From NCBI RefSeq assembly GCF_006345805.1, contig NC_043012.1, positions 38,254,001-38,318,000 of the forward strand: DNA of 64,000 nucleotides. Reading direction: 5' to 3'. Within the stretch, counting starts at the first letter, position 1. The number at the start of each line of letters is the position of its first letter. Source of the DNA: Octopus sinensis. Its lineage: Eukaryota. Shown here piece by piece: positions 23,694-36,864 of the stretch. The position numbers were made by a program, and so were the translations under genes. The notes beneath the pieces are model-generated. The model saw only the letters and a program-made list of their open reading frames with translations. It had not been told where the DNA came from and did not search any database.

Positions 23694-23890
23694 TTATGTG
23701 TTTGCCCCTCCCCCCCAAATCGCTTGACAACGGATGCTGGTGTGTTTACGTCCCCGAAACTTAGGGGCTCGGCAAGTGAGACCGATAGAATAAGTACTAG
23801 GCTTACAAAGAATATGTCCTGGGGTCGATTTGTTCGACTAAAGGCGGTGCTCCAGCATGGCTGCAGTCAAATAACTGAAACAAATATAAG
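23497..23890 (+). mobile_element. SINE head H2, internal TA/TG microsatellite, tail T1
   Basis: Colinear with 6496-7003. Confidence 0.8.
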
Positions 23891-24241
23891 AAAAAATCAA
23901 AACGTTTTATTTGAAAATCTATATTTATTTCATTATCTTACATAAGTAACACGGAACGGGAACTAATAAACCATTATTATTGTACTAAAGCAAAACTACC
24001 AAGTATACGTGTTACAGTTGGCTGATTAAAAGAAACCACTTCATTACAAATGTATAATTGAAATTACGAGCAAAAAAGAAAAAAAAAAGGTTCCTTTCCG
24101 AAATCCCAAGTTGTCCTGAGGATTGTGGAGAATGTCTAGATTGTACTTTTCCGGTCCAAGGAGAATGTTTTAAATGTCCGTGTTATCAGCAGCAGTGATG
24201 AATGAATCATTGACGTAAGTATTGTATAAATATATGACGGA

Positions 24242-24562
24242 GAAGGCGCGAGGCTTATTGGTTAGAGTATTCGGATTACGATCGTGAGGTCGTGAGTTCA
24301 ATCCCCGGTGACGCGTTTTGTCCTTGAGCAAGACACTTTATTTCACGTTGCCCCAGTCCATTCATTTGGCAAAAATGAGTCGTACCTGTAATTGAAAGGG
24401 GCCAGCCTTGTCACAGTCTGTGTGTCACGCAGAATCTCGCTGAGAATGATGTTAAGACTGCACGTGCCTGTGGAGTGCTCAGCCACTTCAAAATTAATTT
24501 CACCAGCTGGCTGTCTCGTTGATTGGATCAACTGGAACCCTCGACGTCGTAACCGACGGAGT
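24242..24562 (+). mobile_element. CORE-like SINE, head H4, tail T3
   Basis: GAAGGCGCG head, GAGTTCAATCCC B box, GTCCTTGAGCAAGACACTTTATTTCAC. Confidence 0.8.
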
Positions 24563-25097
24563 ACCAGAATATATGACAAACAACACTCTGGCACCCAAAG
24601 CAATCCTCATAAATCGTGTAATTTTCTCAACGGTTTAATCCAAATGAAACAGCTTCAATTTCCATTTGACGTAGTAATTAAAACAAAGAGAATTTTTATG
24701 TTTTCTCATAACATTGAGGAAGAAATTTATGGAAATATATTGTACGTAACCTATAAAATTGTTAAATATTTCACAACAGTCACGTTGAAATAAGGCAAAA
24801 TAAAAGTAGAAGGTGAGCAGAACTGACTCCTCCAACATCACCACGACCGCTATCATCAATAACAACATCACATAATATATCTATATTTGGTGCGAGGGCA
24901 TATCTTTTTAATGAAGAAAGACCGCATTCATTGACAAATAAACACACTCTAGTTTTCGTAAAATAAAATTTTCTAATAAAGTAATATAAAAAGGAAAGGC
25001 CACAACAAAAATAAAATTCATGAAAATAGATTAATGTGTGTGTATATGTGTGTATATATGTGTGTGTGTGAGTAGTCGATTAGATAAATACGTACAA

Positions 25098-25189
<92 letters not shown>

Positions 25190-25239
25190 CGTACGTATAC
25201 GTCTATATATATATATATACATACGTACGTATACGTCTC

Positions 25240-25271
<32 letters not shown>

Positions 25272-25387
25272 TATAAATGTGTGTGTGTTTCCGTTTAAAT
25301 GTATACATATACGTTGTGCGTATGTGTGTGCGAATTTCTACAAATTGATAACGAAAACATTATTATTATTATTACTATTATTATTAT

Positions 25388-25696
25388 TCAGTAGTTTTAT
25401 TTTTATAGCGTGCTTTCACTTCACTACCGAGCGCAGCTCTGTGTGCCTTGGGTATGTGCTGTGATTTGTTGTGATGCTCTGATGATTATTGTATGGAAAG
25501 TGTTCTGCTTAGGATGTGTACAGTGCCTAGTAGTGCAATTTTCTGTATGTTATATGTGTTTGTAAGTCCTGGTGTTTTTGTTATGTATTTGTCTGAATAT
25601 TTTTTTATCATGCCTAATGCACCTACTATGATAGGAATTGTTTCTGTTTTTAGATTCCACATTCTGGTTACCTCTATTTCCAGGTCTTTATATTTT

Positions 25697-25698
<2 letters not shown>
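25388..25698 (-). mobile_element. R4/Dong LINE 3' end, same subfamily as 1667-3210 (copy 4)
   Basis: 9 differences in ~210 coding nt and 1 in ~100 nt of 3' UTR vs 2901-3210; (TTA)n on both flanks. Confidence 0.92.
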
Positions 25699-25731
<33 letters not shown>

Positions 25732-25774
25732 AACAGCAAAAACAACAACAACAACAACAATAATGATGATAACG

Positions 25775-26490
25775 GTTTCAAAGTTTGGCACCGGGCGATT
25801 ATTTACAGGGGAGAGTAAGTTGATTAGATCGACCCCAGTTCTCCACTGGTACTTATTTTATCAATCCCGAGAAGACGGAAGGCAGAGTCGACCTCAGCGG
25901 AATTTGAACTCAGAACATAAAGACGGACGAAATGCTGCTAAGCATTTTTTCCGGCGTGCTAACTATTCCGCGACTCCAATACTTAATTGGTACTTATTTC
26001 ATCGAGCCCGAAGGGATAAAAGGCAAAGTCGACCTCGCCGGAATTTGAACTCAGAACGTAGCGGCAGACGAAATACCTATTTCTTTACTAACCACAAGGG
26101 GCTAAACACAGGAGGGACAAACAAGGACAGTCAAAGGGATTAAGTCGATTACATTGACCCCAGTGCGTAACTGGTACTTATTTCATCGAGCCCGAAAGGA
26201 TGAAAGGCAAAGTTGACCGTGGCAGAATTTGAACTCAGAACGTAACGGCAGACGAAATACTCATTTCTTTCCACAAGGGGCTAAACACAGAGAGGACAAA
26301 CAAAGACAGGCAATCGGATTAAGTCGATTATTTCGACCTAAGTGCGTAACTGGTACTTAATTTATCGCCCCGAAAAGATGAAGGAAAAAGTCGACATCGG
26401 CGGAATTTGAACTCAGAACGTAACGGCAGACGAAATACGGCTATGCATTTCTCCCGGCGTTCTAACGTTTCCGCCAGCACGCTGCCTTCT
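25775..26490 (-). mobile_element. Array of four H1-SINE core units (head + trimer, followed by a second copy)
   Basis: GAATTTGAACTCAGAAC at 25900, 26041, 26225 and 26403. Confidence 0.85.
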
Positions 26491-26495
26491 ATAGG

Positions 26496-26537
<42 letters not shown>

Positions 26538-26579
26538 CATAATAATATTAATAACAACAACAACAACAATAATAATAAT

Positions 26580-27300
26580 TTCATTTATTTGCTACAAGGG
26601 TGAGGTGAGGGGGACAATGCAGAGACAGGCATAAAGTGTTGGGGGATTACATATGATAATGAAATGATAAAAAAAAAATATAGAAGGTATACACAGGAAA
26701 AGAAGAGACAGATGCTTAGCATACAAAGATACAAAAAGACCCCTGTCTTTCTGTTGTCGTCGGCTTTATCTTGTATCCGAGTTTATATTGTCTACGTTGT
26801 TGAACGCCTCCTTTATGGCAACGCCGTTCGTGACTCTGTAAACCAATTCTTGCCAAGAAGAATCGATGCCATTGCCTGTATGGCAATGTTGGTGGAGGAC
26901 GATGTTGATTCCGTCGAGTATTTCTCGCCTGTCGTTTGATTTCTTCCTTTTCTATTTTAGTGGCTTCATGGCTTATGGTTCCGATGATGAAGGAACACCG
27001 CCAAACGGTACGCTCTCGGGCTTGTGTTTCAACCGAATCCGGCTCACTTCCAGTAGCTTCCGGCGCTACCTTGAGTTGGTCATTGCATCTTTGGAGAGAG
27101 AGAAACCCTGTAGTCTTATCCCTGCTCACGGAATAAGATTGGGTGTGGTAACCTTGACTCTGCCATTCTTGCTTAATTTTGAAGAAAGCTTTTATTGGGT
27201 GAAAGCATTCTAATCTCTGGATGTCGCCACAGTATACTCTCCATGTTTCGCAGCCATGAAGCCATGTTGAAATGACGACAGTGTTATAAACCATACTTTT
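26580..27300 (-). mobile_element. RTE (BovB-like) LINE 3' fragment
   Basis: VYNTVVISTWLHGCETW...RLECFH and RFFLARIGLQSHERRCH; 3' end GCAAATAAATGAAA then (TTA)n in sense. Confidence 0.75.
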
Positions 27301-27514
27301 CGTTCTTAGGTTAAGATCATTGTTGTTGAAGACGTGTTTGATTTAACATTCCAAATTGCCCCATGGTAATAATAATTCCAAATATCCCATGGCAATAATA
27401 TTCCTCAGCCACCCTCTGGAAATACGGGTTATGAAGACATTGCTATAAGTAAATAAATCTAATATGTGTACATATATATGAAAAGATACATACATACATA
27501 CATACATATATACG

Positions 27515-27560
<46 letters not shown>

Positions 27561-27667
27561 CATATATATACAAATATACATACAAAGCACACACACGCAC
27601 ACGCACACACACACACATATATAGATGTGTGTGTATATATATATATATATACAAATATGCATGCAAA

Positions 27668-27702
<35 letters not shown>

Positions 27703-28171
27703 AGAAAATAGTAAAGAGTGAAAAAACGACAGAAGGCTTAAATGTTAAAGAATATATATATTTGCGTCAATACTTATGGACATCCTCCTGAAACCCTTCC
27801 TTAAACATATCGATAGCCATATCAGAGATGACTTAGATATGTTAAACCACTTCCAAAAAAAGCCAAGGAAGAAACAATCCTGGTTTCATTTGATGTAGTC
27901 AACTTGTATACCAGTATACCTCATAATTATGGACTGGAGGCAATACAGTTCTGGTTAGACCAATTTCCGGAAGAAATACCAAAAAGGATCAGTAAAGAAT
28001 TCATTACTAAATCAATTGAATTCATCCTACACAATAACCACTTCATGTTTGACAATACATTTTACCGTCAAAAATCCGGAATTGCTATGGGTACAAGGGC
28101 AGCACCAGTCATTGCGAACTTAACAATGGGATACATGGAAATAATCATTTACCAGGAATCTTTATCAATCT

Positions 28172-29287
28172 TTGGAAACCCCCTCTCTCAACTGGAAACG
28201 ATTCTTGGACGATTGTTTTATTCTCTGGAATGAAAACACAGATAAACTCTTAAAATTTAAAAACCTATTGAACAGCATAAACCCAAATATACAGTTCACA
28301 ATGGAATACAACCAAAAGGAGCTCCCGTTCTTGGATATACTAATTAAAAAAATTAACCTTAAAATAGAAACAGACATTTTCTACAAAGCCACAGACGCCA
28401 AACAATACCTTCTCTTTAATTCATGCCACCCAAGACACACTAAAACAAACATCCCCTTCAACCTTGCAAGAAGGATATGCACAATAGTGTCAGAACAAAA
28501 TACCAGGAACTTCAGACTGCAAGAACTCAAAAACACCTTAATTGACAGACATTACCCAGCTCAACTCATAGAGGATGGGATCAGACGTGCAACAGAAATC
28601 AACATAGAAACTTTAAGAAAAGTTCAACACAACAACACACCTTCCTCGAAAATACTACCTTACATATCTACATACAACCCCAGAAACAAAGAAGCTTTCA
28701 CCATCATCACCCAGAATTTACCAATACTTCATAAAAACCCCAAATTAAAGGAAATTCTAAACATACACCAAATCATTAAAAGCTACAAACAGCCTAAATC
28801 ACTTAAAAAGATTCTCACAAAGGCAAAATTATCTTCTGAAATTACGGATGCAAAAGTAAAAAAATGTGGTAGATCGAACTGTGCAACATGTCCTAACCTA
28901 CTAGAAGGATCAGAATTCTTCTTTAAAGAGGGACAGAAATTCAAGATCAAATCTAACTTTACTTGTGCCTCTGAAAACATAATCTATGTCATAAAATGCT
29001 CGGGCTGCCACCAAGACTACGTGGGGTCCACGGGACTATCACTCAGACGTAGATGCACACTGCATCGACAACAGATTGCATTCCCAGAATATAGAATGAT
29101 ACCTTTTAGTGAGCACATTGAGAAATGCGCAAAGCAACTACAACCACAATTTTTAATCTTTCCATTTTACCAATGTGCTTTCGGATCATCAACACAAATT
29201 AGACTAAACAAGGAAACATTCTTCATTGAAAAGTACAAACCCAGACTCAACTATCCAAACATAATAATACAGAGAAATTCACACTAA
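28172..29287 (+). CDS. PLE RT thumb + GIY-YIG endonuclease; continues upstream through two frameshifts to ~27775
   Basis: 371-aa open frame with the motifs above. Confidence 0.85.
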   Translation: METPSLNWKRFLDDCFILWNENTDKLLKFKNLLNSINPNIQFTMEYNQKELPFLDILIKKINLKIETDIFYKATDAKQYLLFNSCHPRHTKTNIPFNLARRICTIVSEQNTRNFRLQELKNTLIDRHYPAQLIEDGIRRATEINIETLRKVQHNNTPSSKILPYISTYNPRNKEAFTIITQNLPILHKNPKLKEILNIHQIIKSYKQPKSLKKILTKAKLSSEITDAKVKKCGRSNCATCPNLLEGSEFFFKEGQKFKIKSNFTCASENIIYVIKCSGCHQDYVGSTGLSLRRRCTLHRQQIAFPEYRMIPFSEHIEKCAKQLQPQFLIFPFYQCAFGSSTQIRLNKETFFIEKYKPRLNYPNIIIQRNSH

Positions 29288-29425
29288 GAGAAAAAGGAAA
29301 AAAAAAATTTTTTTAAGCGATTATCTCCCTTACACCGGAAGAAATCACGCACTACCTTCCCTTATTTAGAACTCTCCGTAGCAAAAAAACAAGGATAACG
29401 CTATTGAAGATAAACATTACGTCGC

Positions 29426-29464
29426 AAGAAATTTGAAGAGCTAAATGCGAAACCGGTCTTTCTT
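29426..29464 (+). ncRNA. Minimal hammerhead variant in the PLE 3' pseudo-LTR
   Basis: AAGAAA-T-TTGAAGA-GC(TAAAT)GC-GAA-ACCGGT-C-TTTCTT: C3 replaced by U, palindromic helix III, GUC site. Confidence 0.6.
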
Positions 29465-29636
29465 TAAAAATTATAAAATTATGTCATTATAAGAAAGGAA
29501 AAATTTTTTCCAATATTCTCCAGACATATTAACGCAAATATATATATTCTTTAACATTTAAGCCTTCTGTCGTTTTTTCACTCTTTACTATTTTCTTATA
29601 TATTCACCCACGTGCTTTCACAAACAAACTTTCTTA

Positions 29637-29670
<34 letters not shown>

Positions 29671-31162
29671 GACTCACACACAAAAAGGAATAAAAAACAC
29701 AAATACGCACACGCACACATACATATATATATAGATGCAGAAATATGCATACAACACATACACACACTCATATATATATATATAGGGAGAGATGTGTGTG
29801 TATATATATATAATATATGTGTGTGTGTGTGTGTGTCTGCGTGTCTACACCTACAAATACACAACTGTATATGTATACATATACACATGTAGACCATTGT
29901 AACCTTGAAGAAGGCACATCATTTGATGTTGCTCCGGGCTGCTTAGCTGCAATCGCACGGTGGAGTCTTCTTTCCCATTTGCTGTTACAATGTTGGTGTT
30001 TTGCTGGGTGAAGTGTAAGTGTGGAGAGCAGATGACAACATGTGGGTCTCTGAACAGCTATGAAACATATGGTACTTGATGCAAAGGATGGTGGAATAGT
30101 CTATCCTTAGCTCTTCTACCTGGCATTCAAACGTATTTAAAACTACATATGCAAACATCTCTTTAAGTCGTTAGGGAGATATTGGTACTCTTTCTAATAG
30201 AAATGTTGACCGTATCGATGTTATCTAGTAGTTTCCCCGCGAGTGGTTACTGCTCACTTCTATCATGACAAAGACGTTTCATCCATGACTATCTCTCCTA
30301 CATTGCCTATGTAGGACAACAATGTATCACTTCCTATGGTAAAGACAGTGAAACTTAATTTCAGTTGGATTGGCTGTCATCATTAGTAGAGGTACCTCTT
30401 GTAGTGGTACCTTCGTTGTCTCAAATCTGAAGATTCATTGAGCTACGTAGTTTTAATGCGAGTTGAATGCAGCTTCACTTTTACATTGCTCGTGTCCGTT
30501 AGAAAATCACGAACGACAAATTATATTCCAGTTTTGTCTGAAACAATCGACTGCTAGACTTCGTACAACTTAACTCACAGATCAGAAATTCAACAGAAAA
30601 CTTGAAAGCATGTAATAAATTCTTGTAATATATAACGTATTTATCCATCCCAAGATCAAATTCCTCTGGGATTAATTTGCCTTTCGTTTGAAAAGAGAAA
30701 AGTTGGTAGATTTAATTGACTCCGGTACATAATGTAGAACACAATGCATTGACTATCGAGGAACGAAAAGTAAGGTAATGCTCTAAGGCATTTGCTATTT
30801 CTGACCTTCAATATTCTGGTTATTTCTCTTACGACAGAATTTTCTGGGAAGAAAGAAATGGTAATTAGTTGATTGTATTCAAAAATATGTATCTACGCGT
30901 GGACATTGAGCAGCTTCGTCCCGCAGGGGAAGGAAATACAATAAACAATAATGGAGAATTAGCATAAATAAATTGCGGCGGAAGTGAATAATGAAGCTGC
31001 GAAGGCGAGTTTGAGATTCGCCTTCAGTTTTCTGTGTTTTCTTTCTCTTCAGACATTGGAGAATTCCATATAAAATAAATTAACAACATTCGGTGTTTCC
31101 AATTGATGATTTAAATAATCGTGTGTTTCAAATACGTCAACATACATAACACAACACAACAC

Positions 31163-31198
<36 letters not shown>

Positions 31199-31689
31199 CA
31201 TACATACATACATACATACATACAAACATACATACATACATACATACATACATACACACACATATACTCAACTTACACACGCACATATCACGCAAACACA
31301 TTCACATACAACATACATAACACATACATACACGCACACAACCCACATATGGACAATACAGGCATCACTTGTGTAGGTAAGTACGAGTCCAGGGTTCAAT
31401 ACTGCACACTGTCAACTTCGCCGACTTTCTTTTGCAATACCCTTGAGATGCCGAAACCCCAGAAGGAAACCTGGACCCAAAGACATGTCCAAACTGACTG
31501 TAAGGACTGTACCAGTAATTAAACGCGCAAAGTTTGTGTCACATTAACATCTTGAATCTAAGAGAGATCTAAGTTATGGTAAGGTATATGTATCGCAGAA
31601 TACTCAGCCAGTATATACGCTGATTCAATGAGGTATTCCAGGTATCGAACAACTGGTCACTGATATGTCATTGTAAATGGGAGAATCCA

Positions 31690-31968
31690 GTATGTATGTA
31701 TGTATGTATGTGTGTATGTATGTATGTATGTTTGTATGTATGTATGTATGTATGTATGTATGTATGTGTGTATGTGTGTATGTATGTTTGTATGTATGTA
31801 TGTATGTATGTATGTATGTGTGTATGTGTGTATGTATGTTTGTATGTATGTATGTATGTATGTATGTATGTATGTATGTATGTATGTATGTGTGTATGTG
31901 TGTATGTATGTATGTGTGTATGTGTGTATGTATATATGTATGTACGTGTGTACGTGTGTATGTATGTA
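31690..31968 (+). repeat. (TATG)n with recurring TGTG/TTTG variants
   Basis: Direct reading. Confidence 0.95.
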
Positions 31969-32117
31969 TTCTGTGTCACATTGAATCTCCCTGAAAACTA
32001 CGTAAAGGTTACACGTACCATAGGAGTGCACAACAACCTCCACGCAAATGCCTTGGGGCGGTTCCTCCGTGGATTGGATCAGCTGGTATCATCATCCTTG
32101 TAACCGACGTAGTGCCA
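31969..32117 (+). mobile_element. SINE tail T3 fragment, degenerate
   Basis: TGTGTCAC..TGAATCTCCCTGA.AACTACGT...TTGGATCA.CTGG...GTAACCGACG. Confidence 0.6.
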
Positions 32118-32168
32118 AAATCCCACACGTGCGCACACGCGCGCGATTCCCTCACATATATGCATGCA

Positions 32169-32204
<36 letters not shown>

Positions 32205-32289
32205 TATATACACACACACACATATATATATGTATATATATATATATTTATACATATATACATATATATAGGGGTGAAAAATAGCACCT

Positions 32290-32923
<634 letters not shown>

Positions 32924-33828
32924 TATATGTATGTATCCAAACGATGATTTAAACATTTTGTTTTCTGTCGTGAGATATCTCTGTAGAACATGTAAGCTGA
33001 TGATATTTTCATTCCGATGTTCCTTTGCGTATTCGTCTCCCTTTGTTGCTGCCAGCATAAAACCACGTGCGTCTGTTTGAGGTGGTTGTCTTGAATCGGT
33101 TTTATTTTACTGCGTCGCTCTTATGGTACAGCGAAGTGTAAAAGTAATGGAGAAAGAATCGTTACAACATTCATTCCTTCTATTGAGTCAGCGTGTGTTA
33201 AGGCGTAGGGTGGGGGTTAGAATTTACAGCTTATATTTGTACCGCCGACGTAATCGGTCTTAATATTGGAATTTTTAAAATTATTTTTGGTTAGAAGTTA
33301 TAATTCAATATTTTTTATCGATCCATCGCGTTTGTTTACGGCATGTTGATATAGTATGGATGTTTAATTCTTTTCAGAGTGTTCTCCTGGTATGAAGAAA
33401 ACAACGTCCAGGATGTACTGTTCATTTAATGTTGTGGCCAGAAGTGATGGAACTGGCAAACTTAGAGAAACGCTCCATGAAGCAAAACCTAAAACCAAAG
33501 TAGAAGAGAAAAACAGCCGATTATTCAAGTCACAAGAATTTCATACCTGTATTAATGAACTTCTTGCACCTACAATTACAGTTGACTGCGAACGTACAGC
33601 CAACAGATAGGTTGCAAAGCTGGAAATGTAGGAAAGCAAATGAAATGGATATCTCGGATACGATAAAATTCCATGTAGGAGATGCGGCTCGTGGTTTAAG
33701 TGAACGGATTGCAGACTCTGTCGGGAATAGAAGCTTAGAAGAATATATTTGGTTGAAACAGGAAGTGACAAGGAAAAAAGTTTTTATACACAAATGCGCA
33801 TGAATATATTAACTATTAATTTATCTCA

Positions 33829-34061
33829 GTCGATATCTATCTGTCTGTTTGTCTATCTATCTATCTATATACCTGCCTGTCCTTCTGTCTGCCTGTCTGT
33901 CTATGTATGTATGTATGTATGTATGTATCCATCTATCTATCTGCCTGTCTTTCTGTTTGCCTGTCTATCTATCAATCTATCTATCTATCTATCTATCTAT
34001 CTATATACCTGCCTGTCCTTCTGTCTGCCTGTCTGTCTATGTATGTATGTATGTATGTATG

Positions 34062-34095
<34 letters not shown>

Positions 34096-34222
34096 TGTAT
34101 GTATGTATGTATGTATGTATGTATGCATGCATGTATGTATGTATGTATCCATCTATCTATCTGCCTGTCTTTCTGTTTGCCTGTCTATCTATCAATCTAT
34201 CTATCTATCTATCTATCTATCT
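33829..34222 (+). repeat. Compound TATC/TGTC/TATG microsatellite duplicated as a block
   Basis: ATATACCTGCCTGTCCTTCTGTCTGCC...(TATG)n...CCATCTATCTATCTGCCTGTCTTTCTGTTTGCC occurs twice. Confidence 0.9.
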
Positions 34223-34789
34223 CTTTCTTCACACGCATCTACACCCACACACAGAGAAACGCGCAGAAATGCACTAACTCGCACGCACACACGCACAAAC
34301 ACATGCACACACACACGCATACACACACACACACGTGTACACACACAGATATATGAATGGACGAACAAACTAAAGTAGCACTTAATACAGTCAGTAGCAG
34401 TTATAAGCATTTAATAACAATTTGAAACAACCGCAGATTAAAGATTCGTGGGTGCAGAAATGACATTCACGTACTCTGACTCCGTACATTTTAGATGCGT
34501 CCGCACACACATAAATATAGGCACATACACACACATATACGCACATATACTCCACACCACATGTATATGTAGAATTATAAGAACATTCACACCCGGTAAA
34601 TTAAATCAGCATTATAATATACCCACATAAAAGAATTCACAAATCCGCACCATAAGATATATCAGGGAGTGACAAAGTGAGCTTGCAATCTCAGAGACTG
34701 AGTTAAATCTTCCAGATATTGGCGTGAAAAGCCAAAATCTATCTTATTCCGTCATTACCAAAGGCGACAATATGAAAGAAGTGGAAACA

Positions 34790-35157
34790 ATCCAAATAGA
34801 AAGATCTGAAAATTGAGGCAACCGCAATAGGAATTGTAGACAGCGGCAATAATAACTACTCCAGAATGATTTACATTTGATGGCTATTTATATAGAACTG
34901 TATAAATCTGGAATTGTAGGCAGAAATCATAATAACTGGAACGACAAAACGTAACGACAAATACATAACCAAGACTACCAGATGTCCACATCTGCACATT
35001 ATACAGGAAGTACGCTCACTAGATACTGTACACTTATCAGTGACCATTGTTGATACTCTGGGAAACGATACTGAAGCCAAAGACTACGCCAACACCAGTA
35101 ACACAAAGCGCTGCACAATTGAAAGCATGCAATAAAAATAAGCATTGTGGATACTAC
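34790..35157 (+). mobile_element. Very degenerate R4/Dong 3' end (copy 5)
   Basis: DKYITK...IQEV..LDTVHL and GAAAGCATGCAATAAAAATAA resemble the 3' end of copy 2; followed by (TAA)n. Confidence 0.55.
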
Positions 35158-35214
<57 letters not shown>

Positions 35215-35231
35215 TGATGATAATAATAATA

Positions 35232-35262
<31 letters not shown>

Positions 35263-35263
35263 T

Positions 35264-35338
<75 letters not shown>

Positions 35339-35366
35339 AATGATGATGATGATAATAATAATAATA

Positions 35367-35404
<38 letters not shown>

Positions 35405-35531
35405 GTAATTTCCAGGTAATCGTTGAGATGACGTTAGTGTTGCGTGGGCGGAGGTTTGCACTCGCTGTGTGCCCTTGTTAATAATAATAATAATAATGAT
35501 GATGATGATGATGATAAAAATAATAATAATG

Positions 35532-35601
<70 letters not shown>

Positions 35602-35640
35602 TAACATTTAATAATCATTATTATTATTAATATTGTTGTT
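35158..35640. repeat. (TAA)n/(GAT)n tracts with a 70-bp interruption; polarity flips at ~35616
   Basis: Direct reading. Confidence 0.9.
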
Positions 35641-35654
35641 GTTATTTTTATTCC

Positions 35655-36150
35655 TTCTAACACAGTGTAGGTAAAAATGCACCGGAGATTTAGTCATGTG
35701 TCAATGCACAACAAAGATCTCAGACAGATAATACTTTCCTTAAGATGTGCGCTCTGCCCAATAAGGTTGCTTTTTGTAGGACATCAATTTTGCATGGGAT
35801 TTCCGGTTGCCTTAAGGAGTCTTGAAGATTCAATGCGGTTAAACCCAACACTCCGATCAGCACTGGTATCGCTTTTACATTACCCTCTTGCATTCCAATT
35901 TCAATTCGGAGTACTTGATGTTTTTTTCCAACCTCTATACTCACAATATTCACGTCATTTCGTATGGCTACATCAATATATCTGACAGTATTTGTCTCTC
36001 TTATTCAATATGACAATATCCGGCCGACGCTGATCGATTACACGATCCGTCTGAAAATCATAGTCCCAGAGTATCGTTACTTTTCCATCCTCCTGCATAA
36101 CTTGGTACATGCTCATACCGGTTCTCTGTTACTTCATATTGGTATTTAAG
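35655..36150 (-). mobile_element. R4/Dong 3' fragment, third subfamily (copy 6)
   Basis: RLE C-terminus IPVLIGVLG...LQKATLLGRAHILRKVLSV; upstream RRPDIV-like segment. Confidence 0.75.
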
Positions 36151-36227
36151 GCATAAGAACACATAAAGATACACACACGCTTTATCGTGGCGACGCTTGT
36201 ATTATTATTATTATTATTATTATCATT

Positions 36228-36812
36228 GAGTGAGAGAGCAGTTCATGCCATCAAAGTGACACTGGGGTAAAATATACGAAGCCCAATATACCCATCATGA
36301 CTACCCGTCTGATAAAGGTACACCAGACACATGCATCACAACCATATGTGCGGGACATGGTGATCTCATATCAAGATAAACAGCACATGACCTTGCAGGT
36401 GGGGCCCAGTTAGAATTTTCTTCAGGTTGAGTAGCCCATCCCGCTCAAACGGTCCCTGAATAAGGTTGTTTAAGGATGTTGAAAGAACCACCCATGTTTC
36501 CAGAGGTGAACTATTCAAACCCCAAAGAATCCCTCTCAACACATGGCTATGATGCTCCCCCACTACTTCTGCTCGTGATCAGAGATGCACATATCGTCAG
36601 CCACTAAGGGACATGCTCAACTGGTTACGGTCAAACAACTGACAAGCAAATCTGTGGTATTGAGCAGAATATTTGCTGTAGCCCATCTTTTATACCAAGA
36701 CAAAACAATGTACATGATAACACTTCCAATCAGTTAAGATCAGAAGCCATGAGAGCCACTGCCTGGTACTGCATCAGGGCATTAGGTACTGCATCAGGGC
36801 ATTGGTACTGCA

Positions 36813-36814
<2 letters not shown>
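36228..36814 (-). mobile_element. ~590-bp non-coding interspersed element inserted in (TTA)n
   Basis: (TTA)n on both sides; terminal ATTGAGTGAGAGAGCAG identical to 3307-3323; no recognisable coding or tRNA homology. Confidence 0.6.
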
Positions 36815-36863
<49 letters not shown>

Positions 36864-36864
36864 G

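Larger units (their letters stand above)
27701..29640 (+). mobile_element. Penelope-like element, Neptune-like, 5'-truncated with inverted 5' copy of the 3' end
   Basis: RT SFDVVNLYTSIP, GIAMGTRAAP, RFLDD; linker CX4CxxC; GIY-YIG IIYVIKCSGCHQDYVG; 27701-27772 is the reverse complement of 29527-29598 (1 mismatch). Confidence 0.9.

Noticed and set aside
29900-30500. Possible very old AP-endonuclease remnant on the minus strand
   Set aside because: Motifs recoverable only by assuming several frameshifts
31001-31035. GC hairpin followed by T run, resembling an intrinsic terminator
   Set aside because: Eukaryotic intergenic context; a 9-bp stem is expected by chance
36740-36814. HDV-like ribozyme at the 5' end of the 590-bp element
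   Set aside because: A P1-like pairing exists but P1.1, P2 and J4/2 could not be built
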